A DNA stretch of 62,694 nucleotides, filler included. It is 4 parts of 4 records of this genome, joined end to end, with 100 filler letters (N's around TTAATTAATTAA, not from the genome) between each part and the next. Parts side by side here need not be neighbours in the genome. Positions count along the whole stretch, not along the records: positions 1 to 13,250 come from SRR20825006_1695; positions 13,351 to 22,549 come from SRR20825006_1696; 2 more parts are not named here. One strand, 5' to 3'. The translations under genes and the position numbers were made by a program. The notes beneath the pieces were generated by a model that saw nothing but the letters and a program-made list of their open reading frames with translations, did no database searches and was not told the origin of the DNA. This document shows, piece after piece, positions 9,999 through 20,745 of the stretch (position 1 is the first letter of the stretch; the number at the start of each line of letters is the position of its first letter).

Positions 9999-11210
9999 AT
10001 GATTCCAGATGTAGTAACCATAGGTTTAGGATATATAGGATTACCAACTTCAGCATTAATGGCTTCAAAGGGCATGCAAGTTCATGGTGTTGACGTGAAT
10101 GAAGAAGTTGTTAAAACCATAAACCAAGGAAAGATTCATATTATTGAAATGGATTTGGAAGAAGCTGTTGCTTCAGCAGTAAAATCTGGGCATTTAATTG
10201 CCGATGTAAAACCAGTTGTAGCAAATACATATTTAGTAGTTGTTCCAACCCCATTTAAAGGTAATCATGAACCAGATATCTCATACGTTGAAGCAGCTAC
10301 AAAAGCTATAATTCCTTTGTTAAAAGAGGGTGATTTATATATTATAGAATCTACGTCCCCGATTGGAACAACCGAAAAAATGATGGAGCTTATTTTTAAA
10401 GAGCGTCAAGAACTTAAGGGCAAAATTCAATTAGCATATTGTCCTGAAAGAGTACTGCCGGGTAATGTTATGCACGAGTTGGTTTATAATGATAGGGTAA
10501 TAGGTGGTGTTGATGATGCGAGTACTGAAAAAGCAATTACATTTTATAAACAATTCGTTAAAGGAGAATTACACGCTACAAACGCACGTACAGCGGAGAT
10601 GTGTAAGCTTACAGAAAATTCAAGTCGCGATGTCCAAATAGCTTTTGCTAATGAACTCTCTTTAATTTGTGATAAAGCAGGTATAAATGTTTGGGAATTA
10701 ATTCGGTTGGCAAACAAACACCCTCGTGTAAATATTTTACAACCTGGTTGTGGAGTAGGTGGCCATTGTATAGCTGTAGATCCTTACTTTATTACTTCAG
10801 ACTTTCCTTTAGAATCTCAAATTATTGGGAAAGCAAGAGAAATAAATAATTATAAAAGTTTTTGGGTTGCAGAACAGATTAAATTAGCGCGTCATGCCTT
10901 TCAATTAGAACATGGACGCCCTCCAGCCATTGCTTTAATGGGTTTAGCTTTTAAACCGAATATTGATGATCTTCGTGAATCACCTGCAAAATATATAGTA
11001 CAAAAAGTTATACAGGAGTCTCAGGATGAAACTTATTTTATTGTAGAGCCAAATATTGAAGACCATCAAGTATTTAAAATTACTGATTATAAAGAAGCAA
11101 CTGAAAAAGCAGATATTGTAGCATTATTAGTGGCGCATAATGAATTTAAAGGATTAGAATTAGCAAAGCATCAAGTTGTTTTGGATTATTGTGGAGTAAG
11201 AAACATATAA
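9999..11210 (+). CDS. wecC: UDP-N-acetyl-D-mannosamine dehydrogenase
   Basis: GLGYIGLPT, YCPERVLPG, GVGGHCIAVDP, FKPNIDDLRESP; follows wecB. Confidence 0.95.
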   Translation: MIPDVVTIGLGYIGLPTSALMASKGMQVHGVDVNEEVVKTINQGKIHIIEMDLEEAVASAVKSGHLIADVKPVVANTYLVVVPTPFKGNHEPDISYVEAATKAIIPLLKEGDLYIIESTSPIGTTEKMMELIFKERQELKGKIQLAYCPERVLPGNVMHELVYNDRVIGGVDDASTEKAITFYKQFVKGELHATNARTAEMCKLTENSSRDVQIAFANELSLICDKAGINVWELIRLANKHPRVNILQPGCGVGGHCIAVDPYFITSDFPLESQIIGKAREINNYKSFWVAEQIKLARHAFQLEHGRPPAIALMGLAFKPNIDDLRESPAKYIVQKVIQESQDETYFIVEPNIEDHQVFKITDYKEATEKADIVALLVAHNEFKGLELAKHQVVLDYCGVRNI

Positions 11211-11414
11211 TATAAAAAATTTGTAACTTTTATATTTTTTAATGGAACTATTTGATAATTTAAAGTATTGAAGTGGAATTTAAGGACATTAGTCGTACAA
11301 GAATTAACATTCACAAAGAAAGATTAAATTAAGGTGAAATTTTGTGAGATGGAAACTAAAAGTATATTGAAAAATATATTATAAAATTCAAATACCAAAG
11401 GATCTAAAACATTT

Positions 11415-12203
11415 ATGAAAAACAATTTAAGAATTGCCATAAAGGCAGCAATAGAAGCAGGAGTTGAAATACTAAAAGTTTATGGCACAAACTTCCAGGT
11501 TGAAGTTAAAGGGGATGAGTCGCCACTAACTCAAGCTGATAAAAATGCTAATGATATAATAAACAATTATTTACAACCCACAAAAATCCCTATCATTAGT
11601 GAGGAAAATAAACAATTAGACTATGAGCAACGGAAAGATTGGAGACAATGTTGGGTAGTCGATCCTTTAGATGGTACTAAAGAGTTTATCAAAAGAAATG
11701 GAGAATTTACAGTTAATATAGCGCTTGTTGAAAACGGTGTCCCGCTATTAGGTGTTATCTATGTTCCTGTAAATAAGGCACTTTATTTTACAACAGAAGA
11801 TGCAAAAAGCTCTAAAAAGATTATTCTTGAGTCTGAGAGTTTAGAAATTGATGAGATCTTTCAAAAAGCGATAACTATAAGTCCCGAAAACGATAATAAT
11901 ATAATTAAGATTGTTGGTAGTAGATCTCACCTTAATGAGGATACTAAAAATTTTATAGATAATATTGAAAAGGATAATAAAGTAGAGATAGTAAGTAAGG
12001 GGAGTTCCTTAAAATTTTGTTTGGTTGCAGAAGGTTTAGCGCATATTTATCCGCGTTTTGCACCTACTATGGAATGGGATACCGCTGCTGGAGATGCAAT
12101 TTGTAGAGCGGTAGGCTTGCAGGTTATAGATCAAACTACTAACAAACCTTTGGTTTATAACAAAGAAAATTTATTAAATAACTATTTTTTGGTTAAAAGC
12201 TAA
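11415..12203 (+). CDS. cysQ: 3'(2'),5'-bisphosphate nucleotidase CysQ
   Basis: SPLTQAD, ISEE, DPLDGTKEF, GSSLKFC, WDTAAG. Confidence 0.95.
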   Translation: MKNNLRIAIKAAIEAGVEILKVYGTNFQVEVKGDESPLTQADKNANDIINNYLQPTKIPIISEENKQLDYEQRKDWRQCWVVDPLDGTKEFIKRNGEFTVNIALVENGVPLLGVIYVPVNKALYFTTEDAKSSKKIILESESLEIDEIFQKAITISPENDNNIIKIVGSRSHLNEDTKNFIDNIEKDNKVEIVSKGSSLKFCLVAEGLAHIYPRFAPTMEWDTAAGDAICRAVGLQVIDQTTNKPLVYNKENLLNNYFLVKS

Positions 12204-12619
12204 TGTTAGGAAAATCCCAAAAAAGGCATATTGCAAAAGCTATAACTTGGCGATTAGTAGGAACTATAGATACCATACTGATATCTTGGTTTATAACTGG
12301 TAATCCTTGGACTGGATTAAAAATTGGATTAGCAGAGGTGCTAACAAAAATGATATTGTATTATTTCCATGAACGCGTCTGGTTTAAAATTAACTTAACA
12401 AAGGCTGGTATCATAAGAGAAAGTAGAGTGAGGCACATAGCAAAAACTATTACATGGAGAGGTGTTGGAACGTTAGATACAATGTTGTTAGGTTGGTTGA
12501 TAACAGGAAATCCTTTATCGGGTCTTAAAATTGGAATGTCTGAACTCTTAACTAAAATGGTTCTATACTATTTACATGAACGTGTTTGGTATAGACTAAA
12601 TTATGGTTTAAAAAATTGA
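12203..12619 (+). CDS. DUF2061 membrane protein (two tandem domains)
   Basis: RHIAK.ITWR.VGT.DT...YY.HERVW occurs twice; sits among cys genes. Confidence 0.85.
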   Translation: MLGKSQKRHIAKAITWRLVGTIDTILISWFITGNPWTGLKIGLAEVLTKMILYYFHERVWFKINLTKAGIIRESRVRHIAKTITWRGVGTLDTMLLGWLITGNPLSGLKIGMSELLTKMVLYYLHERVWYRLNYGLKN

Positions 12620-12628
12620 TGTGATTTT

Positions 12629-13228
12629 ATGGAAAAAAACATATATAAATACGATTTTACAATTAATAAAGAAAACCGGAATAACCATAAAAAACATGGT
12701 TCACTTTTAATTTGGTTTACGGGCCTCTCGGGATCTGGAAAATCTACCATTGCTAATGCGGTAGAGCAAGCTCTATTCAATAAAGGGATTCATACTTATT
12801 TATTAGATGGAGACAATGTTCGTAAAGGAATCTGCTCCAACTTAACTTTTTCACAAGAAGACAGGTCTGAGAACATACGTAGAATAGGGGAAGTTGCTAA
12901 TTTAATGATGGATGCCGGTTTGGTGGTCCTAGCCTCTTTTGTTTCCCCATACCGTGAAGATCGCGAAAGAGTTAAAAAAATTGCTGGTTATACAAATTTT
13001 GTGGAAGTCTTTGTTAATACGCCAATTGAAGAATGCGAAAAACGAGATGTAAAAGGGCTGTATAAAAAGGCTAGAAAGGGTGAAATCACAAATTTTACTG
13101 GGGTTAATGCACCTTATGAATTACCTTTGGCACCTGATATTGAAGTGGACACTACCCAATTAAATTTGGAAACTATTGTAGATTTGATTATTAAACAAAT
13201 ACTTGGAAAAATACAAGATCATGAGTAA
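12629..13228 (+). CDS. cysC: Adenylyl-sulfate kinase
   Basis: WFTGLSGSGKST, LDGDNVR, RSENIRR, RDVKGLY, FTGVNAPYE. Confidence 0.96.
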   Translation: MEKNIYKYDFTINKENRNNHKKHGSLLIWFTGLSGSGKSTIANAVEQALFNKGIHTYLLDGDNVRKGICSNLTFSQEDRSENIRRIGEVANLMMDAGLVVLASFVSPYREDRERVKKIAGYTNFVEVFVNTPIEECEKRDVKGLYKKARKGEITNFTGVNAPYELPLAPDIEVDTTQLNLETIVDLIIKQILGKIQDHE

Positions 13229-13250
13229 GTATTATTTAAATTATTTAGAC
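13221..13250 (+). CDS. cysD: 5' fragment of probable sulfate adenylyltransferase subunit 2, cut by the contig end
   Basis: MSKYYLNYLD overlaps the cysC stop and resembles flavobacterial CysD N-termini as I recall them; only 10 codons are visible. Confidence 0.6.
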
Positions 13251-13350
13251 NNNNNNNNNNNNNNNNNNNNNNNNNNNNNNNNNNNNNNNNNNNNTTAATT
13301 AATTAANNNNNNNNNNNNNNNNNNNNNNNNNNNNNNNNNNNNNNNNNNNN
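13251..13350. other. Artificial contig linker
   Basis: N run + TTAATTAATTAA (stops in all six frames) + N run, 100 nt. Confidence 0.99.
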
Positions 13351-13395
13351 GATATGTCCTGCTCCTATTACTGCAAATTTTATAGTTTTCTCCAT
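13351..13395 (-). CDS. 5' fragment of a Gfo/Idh/MocA oxidoreductase (WbpB/WlbA-like), cut by the contig end
   Basis: MEKTIKFAVIGAGHI is a Rossmann-fold start, 3 nt after the stop of the wbpD-like gene. Confidence 0.65.
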
Positions 13396-13398
13396 TAC

Positions 13399-13974
13399 TT
13401 AAGCCTCAATTTTTACTACTTGTTGGTCTTTGAGTTGATATTGTTCTCCACTTTCTTCGCAAATTGCCTTTCCTGCAGAATCAAAATTCAATCTGTGGCC
13501 AAACTCACTCATCCAACCAATTTGTCGTGCTGGATTACCAACAACTAATGCGTAATCAGGAACTGTTTTTGTGACCACTGCTCCAGCTCCAATGAATGCG
13601 AATTTTCCGATGTCGTGACCACAAACTATCGTAGCATTTGCACCAATACTTGCGCCTTTTCGCACAATTGTTTTTGAGTATTCACTTTTTCTATTGACTG
13701 CACTTCTTGGGTTAGTCACATTTGTGAATACCATTGACGGTCCAAGAAAAACATCATCCTCACAAATTACCCCAGTATATATGGAGACATTGTTTTGAAT
13801 TTTGACGTTCTTCCCTAGGATCACTTCAGGAGAAATAACCACATTCTGGCCGATATTACATTTCTCTCCAATCACGCAATTAGGCATGATGTGTGAGAAA
13901 TGCCAAATCTTTGTTCCAGCTCCAATGGTACATCCATCGTCTATTACTGCTGTTTCGTGAGCAAAATACTCCAT
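13399..13974 (-). CDS. Hexapeptide-repeat N-acetyltransferase (WbpD/WlbB-like)
   Basis: HETAVID...KIWHFSH, KIQNNVSIY, GPSMVFTNV.NPRS, VVGNPAR. Confidence 0.9.
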   Translation of the reverse strand: MEYFAHETAVIDDGCTIGAGTKIWHFSHIMPNCVIGEKCNIGQNVVISPEVILGKNVKIQNNVSIYTGVICEDDVFLGPSMVFTNVTNPRSAVNRKSEYSKTIVRKGASIGANATIVCGHDIGKFAFIGAGAVVTKTVPDYALVVGNPARQIGWMSEFGHRLNFDSAGKAICEESGEQYQLKDQQVVKIEA

Positions 13975-14970
13975 TTACCGTGTAATATATTTATCAAAAT
14001 TATTGTGATCTACTCGATTCAGTTCATCTTCGGATAAACTTTTAAAGTAGTCATACGTACGTTTCAATCCTTCACTTCTTGAGATTTTCGGTGCCCAGCC
14101 CAAGAGTTCGATTGCCTTGGAAATATCTGGTCTTCTCTGTTTAGGATCATCCATCGGAAGATCTTTGTAAATCACTTTCTGACTTGTTCCTGTCAGTTTA
14201 ATGATTTCCTCAGCGAACTCGCTAATAGTGATTTCAGATGGGTTTCCTATGTTAACAGGCATGTGATAATCACTCAGAAGAAGACGATAAATCCCTTCCA
14301 CTAAGTCATCAACATAGCAAAACGATCTTGTTTGACTTCCGTCACCAAATACAGTTAAGTCCTCACCGCGAAGTGCTTGACCGATAAATGCTGGCAAAAC
14401 ACGACCGTCGTTCAGTCTCATTCTTGGTCCATACGTATTAAAAATACGAACGATCCGCGTTTCTACACCGTGAAACGTGTGATACGCCATTGTCATTGCC
14501 TCTTGAAAGCGTTTCGCTTCATCGTAAACACCTCTTGGTCCAACAGGATTAACGTTCCCCCAATATTCTTCCGTTTGCGGATGAACAACGGGATCTCCGT
14601 ATACTTCAGACGTTGATGCAATAAGGACGCGAGCACCTTTTTCTTTCGCTAATCCTAGGCAATTATGAATTCCTAATGATCCGACTTTCAATGTTTGAAT
14701 CGGAATTTTCAGGTAGTCGATTGGGCTTGCTGGAGAAGCAAAATGTAGGATGTAATCTAACTCCCCAGCAACATGAATAAATTTAGAGACATCGTGATTA
14801 TAGAACTCAAAATTCTCCAAAGGAAATAAGTGCTCAATATTCTCGATTCTTCCAGTGATCAAATTGTCCATTGCTATCACGTGGAAATCCTTTTTTATGT
14901 AGAAATCACATAAATGAGAGCCTAAAAAACCTGCGGCTCCAGTTATTAATATTCTTTTTCTTCTTTCCAT
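13975..14970 (-). CDS. UDP-glucuronate decarboxylase (UDP-xylose synthase family)
   Basis: [53 protein letters not shown]. Confidence 0.92.
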   Translation of the reverse strand: MERRKRILITGAAGFLGSHLCDFYIKKDFHVIAMDNLITGRIENIEHLFPLENFEFYNHDVSKFIHVAGELDYILHFASPASPIDYLKIPIQTLKVGSLGIHNCLGLAKEKGARVLIASTSEVYGDPVVHPQTEEYWGNVNPVGPRGVYDEAKRFQEAMTMAYHTFHGVETRIVRIFNTYGPRMRLNDGRVLPAFIGQALRGEDLTVFGDGSQTRSFCYVDDLVEGIYRLLLSDYHMPVNIGNPSEITISEFAEEIIKLTGTSQKVIYKDLPMDDPKQRRPDISKAIELLGWAPKISRSEGLKRTYDYFKSLSEDELNRVDHNNFDKYITR

Positions 14971-16304
14971 TATTTTTCTGTTGAAACGGATACTTCTTCC
15001 GTTTTTCTACCTATTGAGCTGTAATAAAACCCTTTGGCATTCATTTCTTGTGTGTCGAATAAATTTCTTCCGTCGAAAACAACTTTATCGTTCAATAAGC
15101 TTGCCATGCGGTCAAAGTCTGGATTCCTGAAAACTCCCCATTCTGTACAAATCAGCAGGGCGTCAGCACCTTCCAATGCTTCATATTCATCTTTCGCAAA
15201 TGACATTGTATCACCTTTGAGTGCCTTAACATTTTCCATTGCCTCAGGATCGTAAGCGATAACCTCTGCCCCTTCTTTTACCAAGGCATCAATCATATAA
15301 AGTGCGGGAGCCTCGCGAATATCATCTGTATCCGGTTTAAACGCCAATCCCCATATCGCTATTTTCTTCCCACTTAAATTTCCTCTAAAGAAATTTTTCA
15401 TTTTTGGGAACATGATTGTTTTTTGGCTTTCATTGACTTCCATCACAGCTTTTAAGATCTCAAACGAGAAATTATTCTCATTTCCAGACTTCACGAGTGC
15501 CTGAACATCTTTTGGAAAGCAAGATCCACCGTATCCAATCCCTGGAAACAAAAAGCGTTTTCCGATACGCTCGTCAGAACCGATTCCGATTCTTACTTTA
15601 TCAACATCCGCTCCTACCAATTCACAAAAATTTGCCACTTCATTCATGAAGGTGATTTTTGTTGCTAGGAATGAATTTGCCGCGTATTTCGTTAACTCAG
15701 CGGATTTCTCATCCATAAAAATAATGGGATTCCCTTGGCGAACAAATGGTTTGTAGAGTTGTTCCATTACTTGCATCGCTCTATCAGAAGAAGTTCCGAT
15801 TACAACACGATCTGGTTTCATGAAATCGTCCACTGCAAAGCCTTCACGTAAGAACTCAGGATTAGAAACCACATCGAAGTCAACGACTGCATTTTTAGCG
15901 ATTGCCGCATGCACCTTCTCGGCTGTACCAACTGGAACCGTACTTTTATCTACGATAACCTTGTAGTCAGTAATGAGTTTTCCTAATTCGTCGGCTACAC
16001 CCAAGATGTAACGCAAATCTGCTGATCCGTCTTCACCTGGAGGAGTTGGTAATGCAAGAAAAATGATTTCAGCATCTTTAATTCCCGCCGCCAAATCCGT
16101 GGTAAATGTCAATCTATTTGCCTTGATATTTCTATCAAAAATAACATCCAAATGAGGCTCATAGATTGGAACTTCTCCATTTCGCATTCTATTGACTTTC
16201 TTTTCATCAATATCGACACAGATAACTTGGTTTCCTGTTTCGGCGAAGCACGTTCCTGTTACTAATCCAACATACCCCGTTCCAACTACTGCAATTTTCT
16301 TCAT
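14970..16304 (-). CDS. ugd: UDP-glucose 6-dehydrogenase
   Basis: [44 protein letters not shown]. Confidence 0.95.
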   Translation of the reverse strand: MKKIAVVGTGYVGLVTGTCFAETGNQVICVDIDEKKVNRMRNGEVPIYEPHLDVIFDRNIKANRLTFTTDLAAGIKDAEIIFLALPTPPGEDGSADLRYILGVADELGKLITDYKVIVDKSTVPVGTAEKVHAAIAKNAVVDFDVVSNPEFLREGFAVDDFMKPDRVVIGTSSDRAMQVMEQLYKPFVRQGNPIIFMDEKSAELTKYAANSFLATKITFMNEVANFCELVGADVDKVRIGIGSDERIGKRFLFPGIGYGGSCFPKDVQALVKSGNENNFSFEILKAVMEVNESQKTIMFPKMKNFFRGNLSGKKIAIWGLAFKPDTDDIREAPALYMIDALVKEGAEVIAYDPEAMENVKALKGDTMSFAKDEYEALEGADALLICTEWGVFRNPDFDRMASLLNDKVVFDGRNLFDTQEMNAKGFYYSSIGRKTEEVSVSTEK

Positions 16305-16305
16305 T

Positions 16306-17436
16306 CTATCCTTTAATATATTCGGCTACACTTTGGCAGATTAACTCTAATTGTTCTGTTTCCATTTCCGTATGAACTGGCAATGAAATTACTCGTTCCG
16401 TCAACCAATCTGTAATTGGCAATTGTGTTGATTCGCTTCCAAAAGACTCAAACATTTTTTGGCGGTGCGCTGGAACAGGATAATAAATCATTGACGGAAT
16501 GTCTCTTTCAGCTAAGAATGCATTCAATCCGTCGCGATCAATTCCTTCTAATGTTAATGTATATTGATGAAAAACGTGCTTCGAATCTTTTGCTCGAACT
16601 GGTGTTTTTACTCCATCGAAAGAGGCGAAGAAATTATCATAGTAATCTGCAACAGCTCTTCTTGCATCGATATAATTATCTAATTCACGGAGTTTAATTC
16701 TGAGAATTGCAGCTTGAATACTGTCTAAGCGAGAATTACATCCTACAATATCGTGGTAGTAACGTTTACTTTGTCCGTGATTGGCGATCATTCTTAGTTT
16801 ATCTGCCAATTCATCGTCATTTGTGAACATTGCGCCGCCATCTCCGTAGCAACCCAAATTTTTCGATGGGAAGAACGATGTACAGCCAATATGTCCAATT
16901 GTTCCTGCTTTAACTACAGATCCATTTGAATAATGGTAATCACTTCCGATGGCCTGAGCATTATCTTCAACTACGGCTAAATTATGTTTGTTAGCAATCT
17001 CCATAATCGCTTCCATATTCGCTGATTGACCATATAAATGGACAGGAACGATTGCCTTTGTTTTACTTGTGATTGCCGCTTCAATTGTGGCTGGATCAAT
17101 ACAGAATGTGTCTTTATCTACTTCAACAAAAACGGGTCTTAAGCCGAGAAGTGCCATCACTTCAGTTGTCGCGATATATGTAAAAGACGGTGTAATCACC
17201 TCATCTCCTGGTTTCAATCCAAGCGCCATTAACGCCATTTGCAAAGCATCTGTTCCATTTGCACATGGAATCACATGTTTCACTCCGAGGTAACTTTCCA
17301 ATTCCGATTGGAATTCTTTTACCTCTGGACCATTGATGAATTGCGCATTTTTGAGAATATTTAAGATGGCAGTATCTACCTCTGGCTTTATTTTTTCATA
17401 CTGGGTCATAAGATCGACCATTTGTATTTTTTTCAT
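16306..17436 (-). CDS. DegT/DnrJ/EryC1/StrS aminotransferase (WbpE-like)
   Basis: NGTDAL, PVHLYGQ, EDNAQA, SFFPSKNLG.YGDGG, NSRLDSIQA; ATG at 17436 preferred. Confidence 0.93.
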   Translation of the reverse strand: MKKIQMVDLMTQYEKIKPEVDTAILNILKNAQFINGPEVKEFQSELESYLGVKHVIPCANGTDALQMALMALGLKPGDEVITPSFTYIATTEVMALLGLRPVFVEVDKDTFCIDPATIEAAITSKTKAIVPVHLYGQSANMEAIMEIANKHNLAVVEDNAQAIGSDYHYSNGSVVKAGTIGHIGCTSFFPSKNLGCYGDGGAMFTNDDELADKLRMIANHGQSKRYYHDIVGCNSRLDSIQAAILRIKLRELDNYIDARRAVADYYDNFFASFDGVKTPVRAKDSKHVFHQYTLTLEGIDRDGLNAFLAERDIPSMIYYPVPAHRQKMFESFGSESTQLPITDWLTERVISLPVHTEMETEQLELICQSVAEYIKG

Positions 17437-17614
17437 CCGACTGATGTTAAGCGTTAATTTAAGTCGATAAAGATAACCATATTGATACAATATAAAAGGA
17501 CTTGTCCTGCTGTTTTAACACTTTAGAAACAGAAAGTAACGAGATCTTCTTCCTCTGCGATTTTATGTTGATCAATTAAGAAAAAGCACTTAACTCATTG
17601 TAATCAAGCACGTC

Positions 17615-17632
17615 TTAGTTCATTTGAACTAA
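17615..17632. promoter_or_regulatory. Operator-like palindrome with perfect 8-bp arms
   Basis: TTAGTTCA-TT-TGAACTAA in the divergent intergenic region. Confidence 0.45.
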
Positions 17633-17833
17633 ACCTAAAATCAAATCCCGAAGTAACAAGCGAAAAAGACACCGAGTTATTGTCCAAACCTCGATCTATG
17701 AGATAGATTAAACTGTATTTGCCTGAAAAAATAGAATTCTTTGAAATTAATTGACAATTCTCTCGTTTCACAAAAAATGTAAATCATGCGGAAATCCAAC
17801 ATTTCATCTGTATTTTCGCTGAAATTGAAATAA

Positions 17834-18622
17834 ATGGTAGTGAAATTTTCAAGTGTCAATTTGCGCAGATTCTTAGTGATCATAATCTGCCTGAGTGCAT
17901 TTAATTTCTCCGCATTATCACAGCGAAGTGCTGCAGATTCTGCAATTGGTTGCACTTGGTTAGGTGTTCAATATGGGGCAAATATGTCTGGTGGAGATTT
18001 AGCTGATCGCTATGGATTTCTGAATCACATTGGAATTATTGCGGGCTACAAAACAACACGTAACTTAGTTTTTGCATTCGATGGAAATTTCATCTTTGGA
18101 AATAGCTTGCGCGTTACGGGACTTTTTGATCATCTTGTAGACTCAAAAGGGAACATAACTGATGTGAACGGAGATGTTGCTATTGTTCGAGCGCTTCCTA
18201 GAGGGGTTTATGCGAATGGAACGGCGGGGAAAATTTTCCCAGTTTTTGGTTCAAATCCTAATTCAGGAATTTATGCAAATATCGGTGTCGGATTTCTAGC
18301 GCACAAAATAAGGGTTGAAACACAAGATCACGTAGTACCGCAAATTGAGTTAGAGTATAAAAAAGGATACGACCGACTTACAACAGGTTTGAATACCAGT
18401 CAATTTTTGGGATACTCGTTTATGGCCGATCAAGGAATTGTAAACTTTTATGCAGGATTTTACTTTCAGCAGGGATTTACAAAAAATAGACGTACGATCA
18501 ATTATGACTCTCCTGAGATTCCCGTTTCACAGGACTTGCGCTTAGATCTTCAATACGGACTTAAAGCTTGCTGGCTCATTCCGATTTATAAGCGACGACC
18601 AAAAGACTTCTATTACAACTAA
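17834..18622 (+). CDS. Hypothetical outer-membrane beta-barrel protein
   Basis: Signal peptide and Gly/aromatic-rich beta strands; TAATG coupling to waaA. Confidence 0.6.
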   Translation: MVVKFSSVNLRRFLVIIICLSAFNFSALSQRSAADSAIGCTWLGVQYGANMSGGDLADRYGFLNHIGIIAGYKTTRNLVFAFDGNFIFGNSLRVTGLFDHLVDSKGNITDVNGDVAIVRALPRGVYANGTAGKIFPVFGSNPNSGIYANIGVGFLAHKIRVETQDHVVPQIELEYKKGYDRLTTGLNTSQFLGYSFMADQGIVNFYAGFYFQQGFTKNRRTINYDSPEIPVSQDLRLDLQYGLKACWLIPIYKRRPKDFYYN

Positions 18623-19839
18623 TGCGCTTTTTCTACACGCTCGGAGTTTTAGCCTACGGATTTGCGATTCGTTGTGCCTCTCTTTTTTCACCAAAAGCAA
18701 AAGCATGGTTGAAAGGGCGAAAGAATTTCTGGGATAAACTTCCTGTTTTGAATTCCGATAACGTAGTTTGGTTTCATTGTGCTTCGTTGGGCGAGTTTGA
18801 TCAAGGACTTCCGTTGATGAAAAGAATAAAAAGAGCACATCCAGAGCGTTATCTTGTAGTTACGTTCTTCTCTCCATCGGGATATGAACATTATCATAAG
18901 CGAGAGCATCCAGCCGATTTTGTGTGTTACCTTCCTTTAGACACTCCCAAAAATGCGGCTAGGTTTGTCGATCATTTCCAGCCAAAAACAGCCTTTTTTG
19001 TGAAGTATGAATTCTGGGGAAATTACATTGAATCCGCACATAAATCTGGAACAAAACTGTTTAACGTAAGCGGCTTATTTAGACCAAAACATCGATTTTT
19101 TAAATGGTATGGTGGTTATTTCCGAAAGATTCTTGGTCGGTTTTCACATTTCTTCGTTCAGGACGAGGGTTCCAAGCTACTTTTGAATGGCATTCAATTG
19201 AAAAACGTAAGCATTATTGGCGACACGCGCTTCGATAGAGTTATTGAAAATAAAGAAAAAGCGACCGACAACGAGATTATTGAGGAATTCAGAAATGGTG
19301 AAGATTTATTCGTAATCGGCAGCTCTTGGTCTATTGACGAAACGGTTGTGCTTCCGTGGGTGAATTCAACCTCACAAAAAGTACTTATCGCGCCGCATTC
19401 AATAGATGAAAAACACCTTAGTGAAATTGAACAACGCTGCACACGTGCGACAGTTCGATATACCCAATGGAACGGTGATTTACATTGTGAAGTGCTCATT
19501 TTAGATACCATTGGTCACCTGGCAAGCGCGTATCGATCAGGAAAAATGGCGTATGTTGGAGGTGGATTTACGGGATCGTTGCATAATATCTTAGAACCCG
19601 CAGTGTTTGGATTACCCGTTCTTTTTGGTCCAAAACACCAACGATTTCCAGAAGCTGAAAGATTTATCCAAGGTGGATTTGGTTTTTCCATTCAAACAAC
19701 TTCAGAATTTGAAGGAAAATTGATCGAAATTCAAGAAAATTACGAAGACATTAGTGCTCGTGAAAGCCGTTTTGTAGAAGAGAATGCTGGCGCAACTGAG
19801 AAAATCTACGCGCATCTTACTGCCAACTCAGTATTTTAA
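18622..19839 (+). CDS. waaA: 3-deoxy-D-manno-octulosonic acid transferase
   Basis: WFHCASLGE, YLPLD, GDTRFD, LDTIG, AYVGGG, HNILEPA.FG.PV.FGP. Confidence 0.93.
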   Translation: MRFFYTLGVLAYGFAIRCASLFSPKAKAWLKGRKNFWDKLPVLNSDNVVWFHCASLGEFDQGLPLMKRIKRAHPERYLVVTFFSPSGYEHYHKREHPADFVCYLPLDTPKNAARFVDHFQPKTAFFVKYEFWGNYIESAHKSGTKLFNVSGLFRPKHRFFKWYGGYFRKILGRFSHFFVQDEGSKLLLNGIQLKNVSIIGDTRFDRVIENKEKATDNEIIEEFRNGEDLFVIGSSWSIDETVVLPWVNSTSQKVLIAPHSIDEKHLSEIEQRCTRATVRYTQWNGDLHCEVLILDTIGHLASAYRSGKMAYVGGGFTGSLHNILEPAVFGLPVLFGPKHQRFPEAERFIQGGFGFSIQTTSEFEGKLIEIQENYEDISARESRFVEENAGATEKIYAHLTANSVF

Positions 19840-20734
19840 AATCGTTTCCCTCAGGTTTATTGGCATATTCTAACTGAATCGATCGAATGATTTGTTCAGC
19901 ATATTTCCATTTCGTCGTTCTATTTGGAGTAAGTGCAATCACCGATCGTGCAGGAATCTCCCCTGTTTCTGAGCGAATGGTTTTGTATCCCGTTTCGTCG
20001 ACTTTGTAACAATTGGCTGGCACCAAAGTATAGCCGCCATAAAGGTCCACCATGCGTTGGAGAAGTGCAATATTACCACCTTGGTAATTCCATTCATCAC
20101 TTTCTTGTTGACTCAAATCACAAAAGTGAATCATCTGGGTTCTAAGGCAATTTCCTTTAGTGAGTAACCAAGGATGATACTCTCCCAATTTCTTTGCTGA
20201 AATCTCTTTGGATTCTTCAGAAGGAACGTAGGCCTTAATTTCTTCCTCGTATAAAAAAGAAGATCGTAATTTCGAGTTATTCACCGGTCCAGCAAGAATG
20301 GCCAAATCAATTTTCTTGTTTTCCAACGCCTCAATAGCATCTTCCGTTTTAAATTCTTCAATTGTGATTCGAATATCGCTTAATTCCGTTTGCCACGTAG
20401 AGAACAATTCTGGGATCAAATAACCCGAAATGGTTGGAATAACCGCAATCCTAAAATGCTCTTTCATCGTTCCCGAAGCTTTTTTCACAAGTATGGAAAT
20501 TCGCTCATTCTCGTTCAAAACCTCTCGAATAATCGGCAGTAATTCTTCTCCAAACATCGTTAGCTCAAGCGGACTTCTCGATCGATCAAAAATGAGATAT
20601 CCAAGCGTTTCCTCTGCCTTTTTTAATTGCATGGAAAGTGTTGGCTGCGTCACAAAACACCTTTCGCTCGCCCTTCCGAATTGTTTTTCCTCGCTCAACG
20701 CCAAGATGTACTGCATTTGTTGAATTGAAATCAT
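19817..20734 (-). CDS. oxyR: LysR regulator, OxyR
   Basis: HTH FGRASERCFVTQPTLSMQ; redox cysteines GNCLR..MIHFC; divergent from dps-ahpC. Confidence 0.85.
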   Translation of the reverse strand: MISIQQMQYILALSEEKQFGRASERCFVTQPTLSMQLKKAEETLGYLIFDRSRSPLELTMFGEELLPIIREVLNENERISILVKKASGTMKEHFRIAVIPTISGYLIPELFSTWQTELSDIRITIEEFKTEDAIEALENKKIDLAILAGPVNNSKLRSSFLYEEEIKAYVPSEESKEISAKKLGEYHPWLLTKGNCLRTQMIHFCDLSQQESDEWNYQGGNIALLQRMVDLYGGYTLVPANCYKVDETGYKTIRSETGEIPARSVIALTPNRTTKWKYAEQIIRSIQLEYANKPEGNDFKILSWQ

Positions 20735-20745
20735 ATCATTATTCT

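Noticed and set aside
13251-13350. TTAATTAATTAA palindrome repeated three times in the window
   Set aside because: It is a synthetic six-frame stop linker embedded in Ns; genes on either side cannot be treated as neighbours.
17677-17955. 92-aa minus-strand ORF
   Set aside because: It overlaps the start of the opposite-strand OMP gene and shows no recognisable motif.
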